Shown: piece by piece, positions 48,144 through 58,030 of the stretch | How the letters are laid out: each line of letters opens with the position of its first letter | Numbering within the stretch: the stretch's first letter is position 1 | NCBI GenBank assembly: GCA_964634565.1 | Contig: CAZWLP010000004.1 | Location: 21,921 to 85,920 of the forward strand | DNA length: 64,000 bases | DNA from: an uncultured Rikenellaceae bacterium | Lineage (GTDB): Bacteria > Bacteroidota > Bacteroidia > Bacteroidales > VadinHA17 | Reading direction: 5' to 3' | The notes under the pieces: generated by a model | Database searches by the model: none | Told to the model about the DNA's origin: nothing | What the model saw: the letters and a program-made list of their open reading frames with translations, nothing else | Translations under genes and position numbers: made by a program

Positions 48144-48548
48144 ATGATACAAAACAGAAGAGATGATATTGTTAAGAGTCTGGAGCTGGATAATCCTCAT
48201 TTAAGAATTAGTCCTTCAGGATCGAATTGCTATTTTTTCGTCAGAACCTGCCATAAATATGAAGTGGTTAGAAAGAGTGATATTTTATATGTTAAAGGAT
48301 TAAAGGAGTATCTCCAGATTGTTACCAAGACAGGCAAGATTGTTACTTTAATGAGTTTTGGAAAGCTTCAATCCCAACTGCAAGATCATCGTTTTCTTAG
48401 GGTTCATAGATCTTACCTGGTTAATATTAGTATGGTTACATCTATATCAAATACTTGTTTAACCATAGAAAAGAACAGGATTCCTATTGGCAGTAGTTAT
48501 AGGGAAGGACTGATGAGCTATCTCAGCAAGCTCAATCTTATAGTTTAG
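48144..48548 (+). CDS. Stand-alone LytTR DNA-binding domain protein (no receiver domain)
   Basis: 134-aa ORF. LytTR signatures are DILYVKGLKEYLQIVTKTGK and FLRVHRSYLVNI. There is no receiver-like coding remnant in the 370-bp AT-rich upstream gap. Confidence 0.7.
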   Translation: MIQNRRDDIVKSLELDNPHLRISPSGSNCYFFVRTCHKYEVVRKSDILYVKGLKEYLQIVTKTGKIVTLMSFGKLQSQLQDHRFLRVHRSYLVNISMVTSISNTCLTIEKNRIPIGSSYREGLMSYLSKLNLIV

Positions 48549-48667
48549 TCTGATTATGCTGTTTATTTGTCCAGAAAACCAGCTGCTTATCGAAAATCAG
48601 GATATTTATTTGCATATTTCTTGAAGAATTTCATTATTTGATTCTGTTCAATCCAGAATATTGTATT

Positions 48668-49078
48668 ATGAGTAAAGTCAGAATTGAGAAAAGAAAACTT
48701 TTTGTTCATGAATATCAGTATCTGAGACAAACTACTGATTGGTTTCAGCTTGAAGATGACGTGGTTGAGAAAGCATTGCAGAATGACTTATACTCCGTAT
48801 GTGTATTTGACGGAGATAAGATTATTGGCATGGGCCGGATAGTAGGTGATGGTGCTATTTATTTCTATATACAGGATATTATTGTTATTCCAGAATATAA
48901 AGGCAAAGGAGTAGGAAAGATAATAATGAATTCAATCGAAAATTACCTGACAAATATGAGCAATAAAAACTCCTTCGTTGGCCTTATGGCCGCAGAAGGA
49001 GTAGCAGGATTTTATTATCAGTTCGGTTATAAGGAACGTCCTGCAGACAAGCCCGGAATGTCAAAAATGATCAGTTAG
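48668..49078 (+). CDS. GNAT family N-acetyltransferase
   Basis: ATG at 48668 (MSKVRIEK). Motif A is VIPEYKGKGVGKIIMNSI. Confidence 0.75.
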   Translation: MSKVRIEKRKLFVHEYQYLRQTTDWFQLEDDVVEKALQNDLYSVCVFDGDKIIGMGRIVGDGAIYFYIQDIIVIPEYKGKGVGKIIMNSIENYLTNMSNKNSFVGLMAAEGVAGFYYQFGYKERPADKPGMSKMIS

Positions 49079-50960
49079 CTATCCAGACTTTGAAAAGCCT
49101 TTCCTGTAAGGGAGACATCTTATCCTTTATACCTATTTTGTATTTAAAGACCTCAGGTTTAAATTCTTCTGGCCTTAACTCAAGTTTTATCCATTTACCA
49201 TTCCTGTAAACAGGTATTTCAGCAGATTCTCCTTCTTTAATAAATTCACCTTTATTATTAATAAATGGTTTCAGGCAATTATATCCAAAATCTGACGACA
49301 ATATCTTATCGCCCGGCTTGAATGGTGATTTCGAGTCTGCCTTATTTATTGTATAAAATCCAAAGAATTCAATTACATCTTCAACACCAAACCCTTTAGC
49401 AAGTATCGATTCAGGAACCAGGGTTTTTTCTTCTTCAACAAAATCTATCCCAATTGTATTAAACGGAGTTTTATAATCCAGGGGTTCTGAACCTCTGATA
49501 TAACTATCAAAGAAAATCATTAAGTCCGGGTGCACCATTTCCACAAGCTCATTAATAAATGAGTCTTCTTTAAAGGGATTCTCCTTTCCATATTTCCTGG
49601 TTAATTTGAATATCAGTTCAGAAAGATTTAATTTTCCTTCTGTAAGCCTTATTATTTCCAGGTCCAGGATCATTGCAAGTATTGCTCCTCTGTTATAAAC
49701 CTGTATAAACTGACTTTTATATGGTTCTTCAAATATCTTCTCGCTCATTTCTGTAAAGACCATATCATCAGGATATTGGTTACTGATTAAGATTTTCATT
49801 CTTAGATCATAATTGAGATAGCTGCCGGGATCAATAAGTTTGCCCTTTAGTAGCACCATATCCGACAGATACTCTGTAACTCCCTCATACAGCCAGAGGT
49901 GTTTCGACATATTTGGTTCTGAATAATTAAAATTAGCCCTTACATCACTTCGTAAATTAAGCGGCGTATAAATATGCAGAAACTCATGTACCGCACTTGA
50001 GGTTAATAGGTGATCAGTTAGTTTGTTTTTCCCAACGTAAACTAAATTGTGGAAAGATGAATTGCTATGCTCAAGCGCACCCAGCATAGGAATACCATGC
50101 TTATTTATAATTCTTCGACTGATAGCCTCACCAGTAATAATACTATCATAAAACAGGTCGGCTTCTTCACTGTAATCTCTCAGATAATAAATAAATACAT
50201 AATTATCCACAGGCAGGCTGCCTCCTGTAAATTCGGCAACAGCTTCCATTTCCGGCTTAATCAGATCAGCAATATAGGGTGCTGATTTTTCTCCGGACTG
50301 GTTATAACATGCTACTGTAATCCTGCTGTTACCAACGAATAAATCTGCAGTATCGGGAGCAGCAAATAGGATCGGACAATCAACTAGCTGATGGTAATTA
50401 TCGGCTTCATAAGCTTGTTGGCTATCGCTGCGGGCAGTGCATTTCATTGCAGTGCTTCCATATAGATTTAAAGGTTTTGAAAAATTGATTTGTACCGGCA
50501 TATTTTCCATCCCTTTTATATAGCCAAATACTCCTCCCGGGTTTACGACAAATACTTTGTTTTCTACAAAATTGGTTTCCGACCATCCCATAACTTTCTC
50601 GTCCTGATCACTATCCTTTGTGTCGTTAACCAGGTAAGTAATAATATGCAGGTCTTCGGAATCATTGATCTGGAAATCATTTATCCCCTTTTTTATAACC
50701 TCAAGCTCTGATCCATAAGAGTTATATGCTTTCAGACTATCTATAAATCTGCCGTAATTCACCCAGAAATGGTGACCCGGTATTATTGCAGGAAAACAAA
50801 ATAGTGTAACATCACTATGCGGCCCCGGACAGATTAGTTCAACTTTTATTCTGTCATCTGTCAGATTGATGAGGTCTACTGAATATTCAAGTTGCTGTCC
50901 TTTTAGTGATATATTAGACATTACTATTAATAGAAGGACGTTAAATAATAAAGTTCTCAT
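49071..50960 (-). CDS. Secreted gluzincin metallopeptidase, M61-like, with C-terminal PDZ-like region
   Basis: 629-aa ORF with signal peptide MRTLLFNVLLLIVMSNISLKG. HExxH occurs in AVHEFLHIYTP, with a downstream Glu in LYEGVTEYLSD. PDZ-like region is FKPGDKILS. Its 3' end overlaps the convergent GNAT gene by 8 nt. Confidence 0.55.
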   Translation of the reverse strand: MRTLLFNVLLLIVMSNISLKGQQLEYSVDLINLTDDRIKVELICPGPHSDVTLFCFPAIIPGHHFWVNYGRFIDSLKAYNSYGSELEVIKKGINDFQINDSEDLHIITYLVNDTKDSDQDEKVMGWSETNFVENKVFVVNPGGVFGYIKGMENMPVQINFSKPLNLYGSTAMKCTARSDSQQAYEADNYHQLVDCPILFAAPDTADLFVGNSRITVACYNQSGEKSAPYIADLIKPEMEAVAEFTGGSLPVDNYVFIYYLRDYSEEADLFYDSIITGEAISRRIINKHGIPMLGALEHSNSSFHNLVYVGKNKLTDHLLTSSAVHEFLHIYTPLNLRSDVRANFNYSEPNMSKHLWLYEGVTEYLSDMVLLKGKLIDPGSYLNYDLRMKILISNQYPDDMVFTEMSEKIFEEPYKSQFIQVYNRGAILAMILDLEIIRLTEGKLNLSELIFKLTRKYGKENPFKEDSFINELVEMVHPDLMIFFDSYIRGSEPLDYKTPFNTIGIDFVEEEKTLVPESILAKGFGVEDVIEFFGFYTINKADSKSPFKPGDKILSSDFGYNCLKPFINNKGEFIKEGESAEIPVYRNGKWIKLELRPEEFKPEVFKYKIGIKDKMSPLQERLFKVWIAN

Positions 50961-51122
50961 AATATTTTTTTATGGTGTTTTGCAAAGGTCTGATGTCTGT
51001 TTCTTTTTCAGAACATATTATGACAAACTATACGCTAATTTTGATTATCTCCTTTTATATGTGATAAGAGACGTTTATCATTTAAATAGCTGGATTTACA
51101 GACTATTAATTATTTTTGTGTT

Positions 51123-52127
51123 ATGGACAGGCTGATCGAGTTCATTATTAGGATGATAAGAAATCGTGCATTTCAGCATATTTTTTTCTGGGTGGTTTCT
51201 TACCTGGTGTTCTTTGCTATTGTCAGATTTCGAAGTCCTATTGATTTTACGGCAAAGTTTGTAACAGGGGTTGTCGTTCCACTTATTATACCTGTCTATC
51301 TGCATTTTTTGATTCTTCGAAATTTGTTTGAAACTCAAAAATATTTTATTTATTCAGTTCTTCTTATTTTGATAGTTGTTGGCTCGGAGCTACTTGCCCA
51401 ACAATTTATAAGCTTTTTATTCCAGGATGATTTCCAGACCTTCCTGAGTCTTCCGGCAATTATTACTTTTATTGTTGTAACAACCAGTATCAGGTCTCTG
51501 AAAAGATCATATCTGGAACAGATCAGAATGAAAGAAATCGAACAAAAAAGAGTCGAGACGGAGTTAAAACTTTTAAGATCTCAGATCAATCCGCACTTCT
51601 TGTTCAATACTTTAAATAACCAGTATTCGCTTGCTCTGTCCGGATCTGAACTTACCGCACCAGCAATACTTAAACTATCTCAATTGCTTCGTTACAGTCT
51701 TGATAGTTCGGAGAGTAATTTTGTTTCTCTTTCTGATGAGGTGGAATTTATACGAAATTATATTGACCTGGAATCATTGAGACTTGATATTGATACTGAC
51801 ATTAATATTAATATAAAAGGTGAAATTAACGATATTGATATTGCTCCCCTGGTAATCAGCCCTCTGGTTGAAAATGCCTTTATTCATGGAATAGATTCCA
51901 CTACCGGAAATTTCACCCTGAATATTGATATCGATATTATGAATAATGAGTTAGTCGTAAGGGTATTTAATACATGCCCGTTAAAAAGCGAAAGGGAAGG
52001 AGACAGAGCGGGTACAGGCTTAACAAATCTGAAATCAAGACTTGAGCTAATTTACTCTTCCGGCTATGATTTGAAAATAAGCAAACGGAAAGGAACTTTT
52101 TACGTTGTTTTAAGAATTAAGCAATGA
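51123..52127 (+). CDS. Sensor histidine kinase, LytS/YehU-type
   Basis: H-box is LRSQINPHFLFNTLNN. ATPase motifs are PLVISPLVENAFIHG and GTGLTNLKSRLELIY. Confidence 0.8.
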   Translation: MDRLIEFIIRMIRNRAFQHIFFWVVSYLVFFAIVRFRSPIDFTAKFVTGVVVPLIIPVYLHFLILRNLFETQKYFIYSVLLILIVVGSELLAQQFISFLFQDDFQTFLSLPAIITFIVVTTSIRSLKRSYLEQIRMKEIEQKRVETELKLLRSQINPHFLFNTLNNQYSLALSGSELTAPAILKLSQLLRYSLDSSESNFVSLSDEVEFIRNYIDLESLRLDIDTDININIKGEINDIDIAPLVISPLVENAFIHGIDSTTGNFTLNIDIDIMNNELVVRVFNTCPLKSEREGDRAGTGLTNLKSRLELIYSSGYDLKISKRKGTFYVVLRIKQ

Positions 52128-52825
52128 ACGTACGATGTATTATAGTTGACGATGAACCTCTTGCCAGAGATGTTATTGAGAAGTATGTTTCAAGGATTGC
52201 ATCACTGCAAATGATGTATAGTTGCAAAAGTGCATATGAAGCAATTTCTTTCCTCCAGACACATAAGGTTGACCTAATCTTTCTTGATATTGAGATGCCT
52301 GGTTTAAATGGTTTGCAGATGCTTGATACATTGACTTATAAACCTCATATTATCTTAACCACTGCTTATTCCAAATATGCAGTAAAGAGTTATGAGTATA
52401 CTGTAACAGATTATTTGGTTAAACCAATATCATTCGAGCGTTTTCTTAAAGCGGTTAATAAAGTTCAATTAAACAGAGATACAAGAAACTCAGTATCTTC
52501 AGATAGTGAGTCATTTTCGGATGGTTTTATCTTCCTAAAAGCTGATAAAGAAAGCCACAGAGTCTCCTTTAAAGATATTGAATATATTGAAGCTTACGGA
52601 AATTATTTAAAGGTGCATCTGTTAAAGCGTATGATATTGGTTTATGAAACAATGAACTCAATAGAGAACAGACTTCCTGTAGAATTCCTTAGAGTGCATA
52701 AATCATTTATTATTCCACTTCCAAAAATTTCAAAAATTTCAGGTAATCGTATTTTTATTAATGATGCAGAAATACCTGTTGGTAAATTTTATAAAAAATC
52801 CCTGCTTGATTCTCTCAATACCTAG
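52124..52825 (+). CDS. LytR/AlgR-family response regulator
   Basis: Receiver motif is DLIFLDIEMPGLNGLQML. LytTR motif is FLRVHKSFIIPL. There is an ATGA overlap with the HK gene. Confidence 0.9.
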   Translation: MNVRCIIVDDEPLARDVIEKYVSRIASLQMMYSCKSAYEAISFLQTHKVDLIFLDIEMPGLNGLQMLDTLTYKPHIILTTAYSKYAVKSYEYTVTDYLVKPISFERFLKAVNKVQLNRDTRNSVSSDSESFSDGFIFLKADKESHRVSFKDIEYIEAYGNYLKVHLLKRMILVYETMNSIENRLPVEFLRVHKSFIIPLPKISKISGNRIFINDAEIPVGKFYKKSLLDSLNT

Positions 52826-53037
52826 GTGTTGTTCCTGATGCAAGACTAAAATAATAATGCTGATTATTTTATCTCTGAAGTTTCTGAAGACAGGTTTCAA
52901 AGAATTTATAAAAGAATTATTCAAGACTGACTGAAGCATTTATAGAATTTTTATTTATAGAATGGTGAAACATTGAAAAGTTATATATCTTCGGGTTTTT
53001 CATCGAATTAATATCAATATTTAATAAAATTTGCGAA

Positions 53038-53802
53038 ATGAAATTAGTCTCCTGGAATGTAAATGGGATTCGTGCCGTAGCGAAGAAAGATTTTTTTAAG
53101 GACCTTCAACAAATGTCACCTGATATATTGTGCCTGCAGGAGACAAAAGCACAGAATGACCAGGTTTCAGAAGTACTGGAACCTGTTGGTAATTACTTTC
53201 ATTATTCAAATTCCGCTGAGAAGAAGGGTTATTCCGGAACTGCGGTTTTATCAAGGACTGAACCTATAAGTGTTGTGCGAGGTATAGGTATAGCAGAACA
53301 TGATAATGAGGGAAGGGTACTTAGCCTAGAATTCAAGGATTATTATCTTGTAAATGTATATGTACCAAATTCCGGGAATGACCTGAAGAGGCTTGATTAC
53401 AGGCAGGAATGGGATCTGGCTTTCTTCAATTACCTGAAAAACCTGGATAAGACAAAGCCCGTAATTACCTGCGGGGATTTCAACGTTGCTCATACGGAGA
53501 TTGATATTGCCCGCCCGAAGGCAAATTATAATAAGTCGGCAGGTTTTATGCAGGAAGAGATTGATGGTATGGATCGTTATACAGGCGGAGGTTTTGTAGA
53601 TACTTTCAGATACTTTTATCCTGATAAGACAGAGGCTTACTCATGGTGGAGCTACAGGGCAGGGGCAAGGCCAAAAAACATTGGCTGGAGAATTGATTAC
53701 TTCCTGGTCTCAGAGTCTCTTATTCCCTCTCTCTCAGGAGCTGATATATTGAGTAATATAATGGGATCTGATCATTGCCCTGTACAGATAATGATTAAAT
53801 AA
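53038..53802 (+). CDS. xth: Exodeoxyribonuclease III (AP endonuclease, EEP superfamily)
   Basis: 254-aa ORF. Motifs MKLVSWNVNGIRA, LCLQETK, GDFNVAH and SDHCPV are colinear with ExoIII/Xth. Confidence 0.9.
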   Translation: MKLVSWNVNGIRAVAKKDFFKDLQQMSPDILCLQETKAQNDQVSEVLEPVGNYFHYSNSAEKKGYSGTAVLSRTEPISVVRGIGIAEHDNEGRVLSLEFKDYYLVNVYVPNSGNDLKRLDYRQEWDLAFFNYLKNLDKTKPVITCGDFNVAHTEIDIARPKANYNKSAGFMQEEIDGMDRYTGGGFVDTFRYFYPDKTEAYSWWSYRAGARPKNIGWRIDYFLVSESLIPSLSGADILSNIMGSDHCPVQIMIK

Positions 53803-53974
53803 GAGGTAAGATTTATTATCCAGGGTCTTATTAGTTTTTTTGCTAAGTGGTACTGGAAACTATTCCAAAAACTTTTGATCTTTGGAATTGTCCATTTTAA
53901 TACTTTGCCAGAATCGTTTCTTTCAATGAATTGAAATACAGAACTTTCTTTGTTTTGGATTTCTAATGATATAG

Positions 53975-54013
53975 TATAAAAAAGGAAACAGGATCAAGAG
54001 GTGATCCTGTTTC
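53975..54013 (-). terminator. Minus-strand rho-independent terminator, 235 nt downstream of the LytTR regulator stop
   Basis: Perfect 11-bp stem GAAACAGGATC (53985-53995) / GATCCTGTTTC (54003-54013) with a 7-nt loop. On the minus strand it is followed by CTTTTTTAT. Confidence 0.55.
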
Positions 54014-54247
54014 ACAAAACCTAAAACTTATTTAAAGAAACTTCTGTTTCTGTAATAAAAGTAGCTAATTGTGATCTATATATTAATTATTATCGACGTA
54101 TTCAGAAAAGTATTATATGTAATGGCAATAATCATCCATAAATTATGCCACAGAGCTGCTTGCTTTTTCCTGATATTGCTGGTACTGAGCAAAAATATTC
54201 TTGTGCAACCAGAATATCAGTTACCAACCAGCAGAAAAGGATATGAT

Positions 54248-54988
54248 TTATATTAGGGTATTATTTAATTTTAAAAAATGAATAAGCGAGTCATAGTAAG
54301 TGTTGCTTATCGGGAGATACTCTTTTCCTAAAATGGCTCTCTTTCTTGATATTGCATCAATTTTTCCAACGGCGACGATATATGATTTATGAATCCGAAA
54401 AAAGTATTTTGGCGGTAATAATTTTTCCATCTCTGAAAAAGTGCTTAATGTCATTATCTTTTTATTTTCCATGTTGATCTGAATATATTCTCTCATCCCC
54501 CTCAGAAATAAAATATCTCCCAGCATTACTTTTTCAAGCTGGAATGCTGATTTGACAAAAATATATCCATTCAATTCCAAACTATTTGATGTTTTACCAT
54601 TCTCTTTATTACCAGTATTTTCATGGTACTCAATATCATTCAGTGCTCTTGTTGAAGCTTGCAGAAAGCGATCAAAATCAAATGGTTTCAGGAGATAGTC
54701 ACAAACATTATATTGGAACCCTGTTACAGCATAAGAGCTATAGGCTGTGGTAAGAATAACAAGTGGTCTTTCTTTCATTGACTCAATTACATTTATTCCT
54801 GATATATCGTCCATTTGAATATCAAGAAATACCAGGTCAACATAGTTGTTTTTTAAATATTCCAGAGCTTCAAATCCGGAAGTAAAAGTATTTAACAACT
54901 CAAGAAAAGGTATTTTGCTGACAAAATGTTCAATTTTTACCAGGGCTGGAGACTCGTCATCTACGGCGATACACTTAAGTATTTTCAT
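54248..54988 (-). CDS. LytR/AlgR-family response regulator
   Basis: Receiver motif is DLVFLDIQMDDISGINV. LytTR motif is FFRIHKSYIVAV. Confidence 0.9.
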   Translation of the reverse strand: MKILKCIAVDDESPALVKIEHFVSKIPFLELLNTFTSGFEALEYLKNNYVDLVFLDIQMDDISGINVIESMKERPLVILTTAYSSYAVTGFQYNVCDYLLKPFDFDRFLQASTRALNDIEYHENTGNKENGKTSNSLELNGYIFVKSAFQLEKVMLGDILFLRGMREYIQINMENKKIMTLSTFSEMEKLLPPKYFFRIHKSYIVAVGKIDAISRKRAILGKEYLPISNTYYDSLIHFLKLNNTLI

Positions 54989-54999
54989 CCTTTCAATGA

Positions 55000-56064
55000 T
55001 TAAATATATTTGTAATATTGAGTGTCTATTCTCAGGTAAACTTTAAAATAATCGTCATTCGAATCTATTTTCAAAAGATGCCTGCCCGGGTACAGTAACT
55101 CCAATCTCCTTGTAACATTTTTTAATCCCAGACCATCCGGGTTATTTACTGCAACAGACCTTTTTTTATTTTCTCCTCTGAATTCAATAATTCTTCCATC
55201 GAAATTAAATGAGGTTTTAAAAGGATGGTTGTCAGAAATGTCGCCGTGTTTAATAGCGTTTTCAAGGAAGGGTATAAAGAGCATCGGAGCAATTGATATT
55301 GTTGAGAAATCGCCGGTAACATCATAACATATTTTGTTCTTTATTTTGGCACGGGATGAAAATAGCTCAAGATAGTTTTCGAAATATTCAAGTTCCTGAA
55401 ACATGGGTACCACCTCTTCACTGGTTTCGTAGATAGAGTATCTAAGTAGCTTTGAGAGATTGATCAGGGATCTTGATGCCTGATCAGGATCCTTGTATAT
55501 CATCGCATCAATATTGTTCAGGGTGTTAAACAGGAAATGCTGGTTTATCTGAGTTTTGAGCAAATTTAGTTCATTCTGAAGATTCTTGTTATGTACCTCA
55601 GCTATTTCTGCTTGAGAGAGAATCCATTTACGAAGTAGATGAAGAAATGATATGCTGAAGATTGGTATCAGGATAGAATAGGTTGTAAATACGATAGATA
55701 TTGAATTTGCAAGAGTTTCGAAATCTTCTTCCGGATAGTATATTCTGATTTTTAGTCTCCATACTAACAGGTAGGCAACTATTTCACATGCCAGGGTGAA
55801 TAGGGTTAAAGCTATAAAAAGAAGATATCTCTTCTCCAGAAGAAGATTATCGATGTAATATAGAAAAATATAGGCAAACCCGATGTCTACTATGAAGCTT
55901 GCAATATCAAATATAAGAACTCTTGAAAAGTCATGATTCTCCTGTACAAAGAATTGAAAGACTGCCAGTCCTGTGATAAGGATAACCCAGAAAGCAAGAT
56001 GCATCAGTACCTTATGCAACTTGCTTTTATAGTGGAGAATATCAAAAATTCTTTTTGGTTCCAT
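55000..56064 (-). CDS. Sensor histidine kinase, LytS/YehU-type (variant H-box QINQHFLFN)
   Basis: H-box is LKTQINQHFLFNTLNNI. ATPase motifs are PMLFIPFLENAIKHG and GLGLKNVTRRLELLY. It lies 11 nt upstream of the RR gene. Confidence 0.8.
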   Translation of the reverse strand: MEPKRIFDILHYKSKLHKVLMHLAFWVILITGLAVFQFFVQENHDFSRVLIFDIASFIVDIGFAYIFLYYIDNLLLEKRYLLFIALTLFTLACEIVAYLLVWRLKIRIYYPEEDFETLANSISIVFTTYSILIPIFSISFLHLLRKWILSQAEIAEVHNKNLQNELNLLKTQINQHFLFNTLNNIDAMIYKDPDQASRSLINLSKLLRYSIYETSEEVVPMFQELEYFENYLELFSSRAKIKNKICYDVTGDFSTISIAPMLFIPFLENAIKHGDISDNHPFKTSFNFDGRIIEFRGENKKRSVAVNNPDGLGLKNVTRRLELLYPGRHLLKIDSNDDYFKVYLRIDTQYYKYI

Positions 56065-56626
56065 ACAATTAGTATTGATACTGGCAAAGCTTGGTTATCC
56101 AGACCAATATACAGGTTAAGGTAATAGCAAAGCTATTGTAAAAATCTGGTAATTAAAACTGGGTGTTTGTTGCCTGAAAATATTCAATTTCAGGATATAT
56201 ATGTGTAAGTCTTTGAAATACAAGCAATAGTGTTTTATTGAATCCTATTGGTTTCCTTGTAACAGTACTCTGATAATTGAAAATATTATTGCTATTTTTT
56301 TATGGTTTATAGATACAATATAGCATTATGTAGAAAAAAAATACATATTTGTTGATTTTCTGTTCGATAATCCAGATAGATAAAAATATTCTCTGGTAAT
56401 TAATATCAGTGATTCATGTCTTGCCAGCCTGAATAGGAGAACTTAGAAATTGTATGAGCAGGTTACAGATACAGTTTCTTCATGGTAATTAAATTAGTAG
56501 AATTCAATTCAGGACACAAGAAAAAGTATTACTGTTTGGTATATTTTATAAAAACTAATCGGCCACGCAATTTGATATTGATGATTTTATCATTTGTATT
56601 TCCTTATTAATGTCTTATTAATTAAT

Positions 56627-57697
56627 TTAATTGAGAAGTATTAATTCCCGGATTTGATTTGCAATATTTAGTAAAGACCTGTTTTCGTTATTATCCAGCA
56701 GTACAATGAAATACTCCCGGTTTACAATATGGATCAGGGACATAAATCCGGGTATACTTCCTTCATGGCCTATTACCTCAATTGGATTTTCTGAATCATT
56801 ATTCTCAAGGCCAAGTATACCAAACCCGAATCCATATTTGTTATCAGCATCGGCTATAAAGGGAGTGAAGAGCATTTCTGTTCCCTTCTTGCTAATTATC
56901 TTCCCCTGTATTAAGTTCATGTAAAATTTATACAGATCTTCTGTTGTGGAATATATGCCACCAGCTGAAAATGGTATTGAGTGATGAAATGTCATTGGTA
57001 TTTTATAGCCCTCCGCGCTTTTAATATATCCGTTTGCATCCATTTCATGTTTAATATTATTATTTATATAACCTGAGTTCATCATTCCTAAAGGATCGAA
57101 GATCAGGCTTTGCAGATTATCTTCATATGATTTCCCTGTTACTTCTTCAATTATCATTCCCAGCAGGTAATATCCTGAATTTGAATAACTGAAATCTGTT
57201 CCAGGTTCAAAGAGCAGATCTTTTTCAGAGAATATTTTAATAAAATCCTGACGTGAATGTTCAGTATTTATGAAATTCATTAACTCTGGTAGCCGGGTAT
57301 AATCAGGAATACCTGATGTATGAGACAGGAGATGTTCAATTAGTATCTTATCGCCACTTTCCTCAGGGTATCCTGTTATATAATCACCCAGTTTATCTTT
57401 CAGACTCAGTTTCCCTGATTCAACAAGTTTCAATATTATCACAGAGGTAAATCCCTTGGTCAAAGAGCCAATCCTAAATCGTGTTTCAGGGACATTGTTT
57501 TTCAGGTCAATTATAGATGCACCATAACCTTTATTTAATATTATCTCTGATTTTGATGCAACAAGAGCACAGCCGGAGAAATTGTTGTTAATGCTTTCGC
57601 CCTCAATTAACTTATCAATTCTTTGTTCTATGGGCTGGCTGTTACAGATTGAGAACGAGGTAAGCAGTATTATTGCCAATGTTATTCTTGCCTTCAT
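56627..57697 (-). CDS. Secreted serine hydrolase, class-C beta-lactamase / PBP4*-like family
   Basis: Signal peptide is MKARITLAIILLTSFSICNS. SxxK occurs in RIGSLTKGFTS and YxN in YSNSGY. Confidence 0.8.
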   Translation of the reverse strand: MKARITLAIILLTSFSICNSQPIEQRIDKLIEGESINNNFSGCALVASKSEIILNKGYGASIIDLKNNVPETRFRIGSLTKGFTSVIILKLVESGKLSLKDKLGDYITGYPEESGDKILIEHLLSHTSGIPDYTRLPELMNFINTEHSRQDFIKIFSEKDLLFEPGTDFSYSNSGYYLLGMIIEEVTGKSYEDNLQSLIFDPLGMMNSGYINNNIKHEMDANGYIKSAEGYKIPMTFHHSIPFSAGGIYSTTEDLYKFYMNLIQGKIISKKGTEMLFTPFIADADNKYGFGFGILGLENNDSENPIEVIGHEGSIPGFMSLIHIVNREYFIVLLDNNENRSLLNIANQIRELILLN

Positions 57698-58030
57698 TAT
57701 TTTTATGGTTTAATGTTAATATTATTTGCATCTAAGTAAACCCTTTGAGCCAGGGCCTACACCTATATGCATATGCAAATAAAAGTATATACTCTAACTA
57801 TATAAATCATAATAAATCAACAAGAGACGCCATGCCTTCAATGTACAGCAGAATTATATATACGAAATACCAATGTAATGGTAACTACGATTATAAATTT
57901 TTCGAAGCAGAAACTTAAGATATCCTCAGTATCTGGTTTATGAATATCATATCTTAAGAATAGTACGTCTATTATTTCATTAAAATTTATAATCTTTGAC
58001 TAAACAAACAGGCCGGAAACGTTAACTATT

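Noticed and set aside
51096-51338. 80-aa minus-strand ORF overlapping the start of the kinase gene 51123-52127
   Set aside because: It is antisense to the kinase N-terminus, Lys/Asn-rich, and has no motifs.
54071-54256. 61-aa GTG-initiated hydrophobic ORF (or 44 aa from ATG 54122) convergent with the LytTR regulator gene
   Set aside because: It has a non-ATG start, overlaps the regulator stop, has no recognisable family, and sits in an AT-rich context where such ORFs occur by chance. I cannot exclude a small membrane peptide, but there is no positive evidence.
56482-56610. 42-aa ORF in the 562-bp gap as a possible signalling-peptide precursor for the LytTR systems
   Set aside because: It has no double-glycine leader, no signal peptide, and no adjacent processing or export genes. 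The proposal rests purely on analogy.
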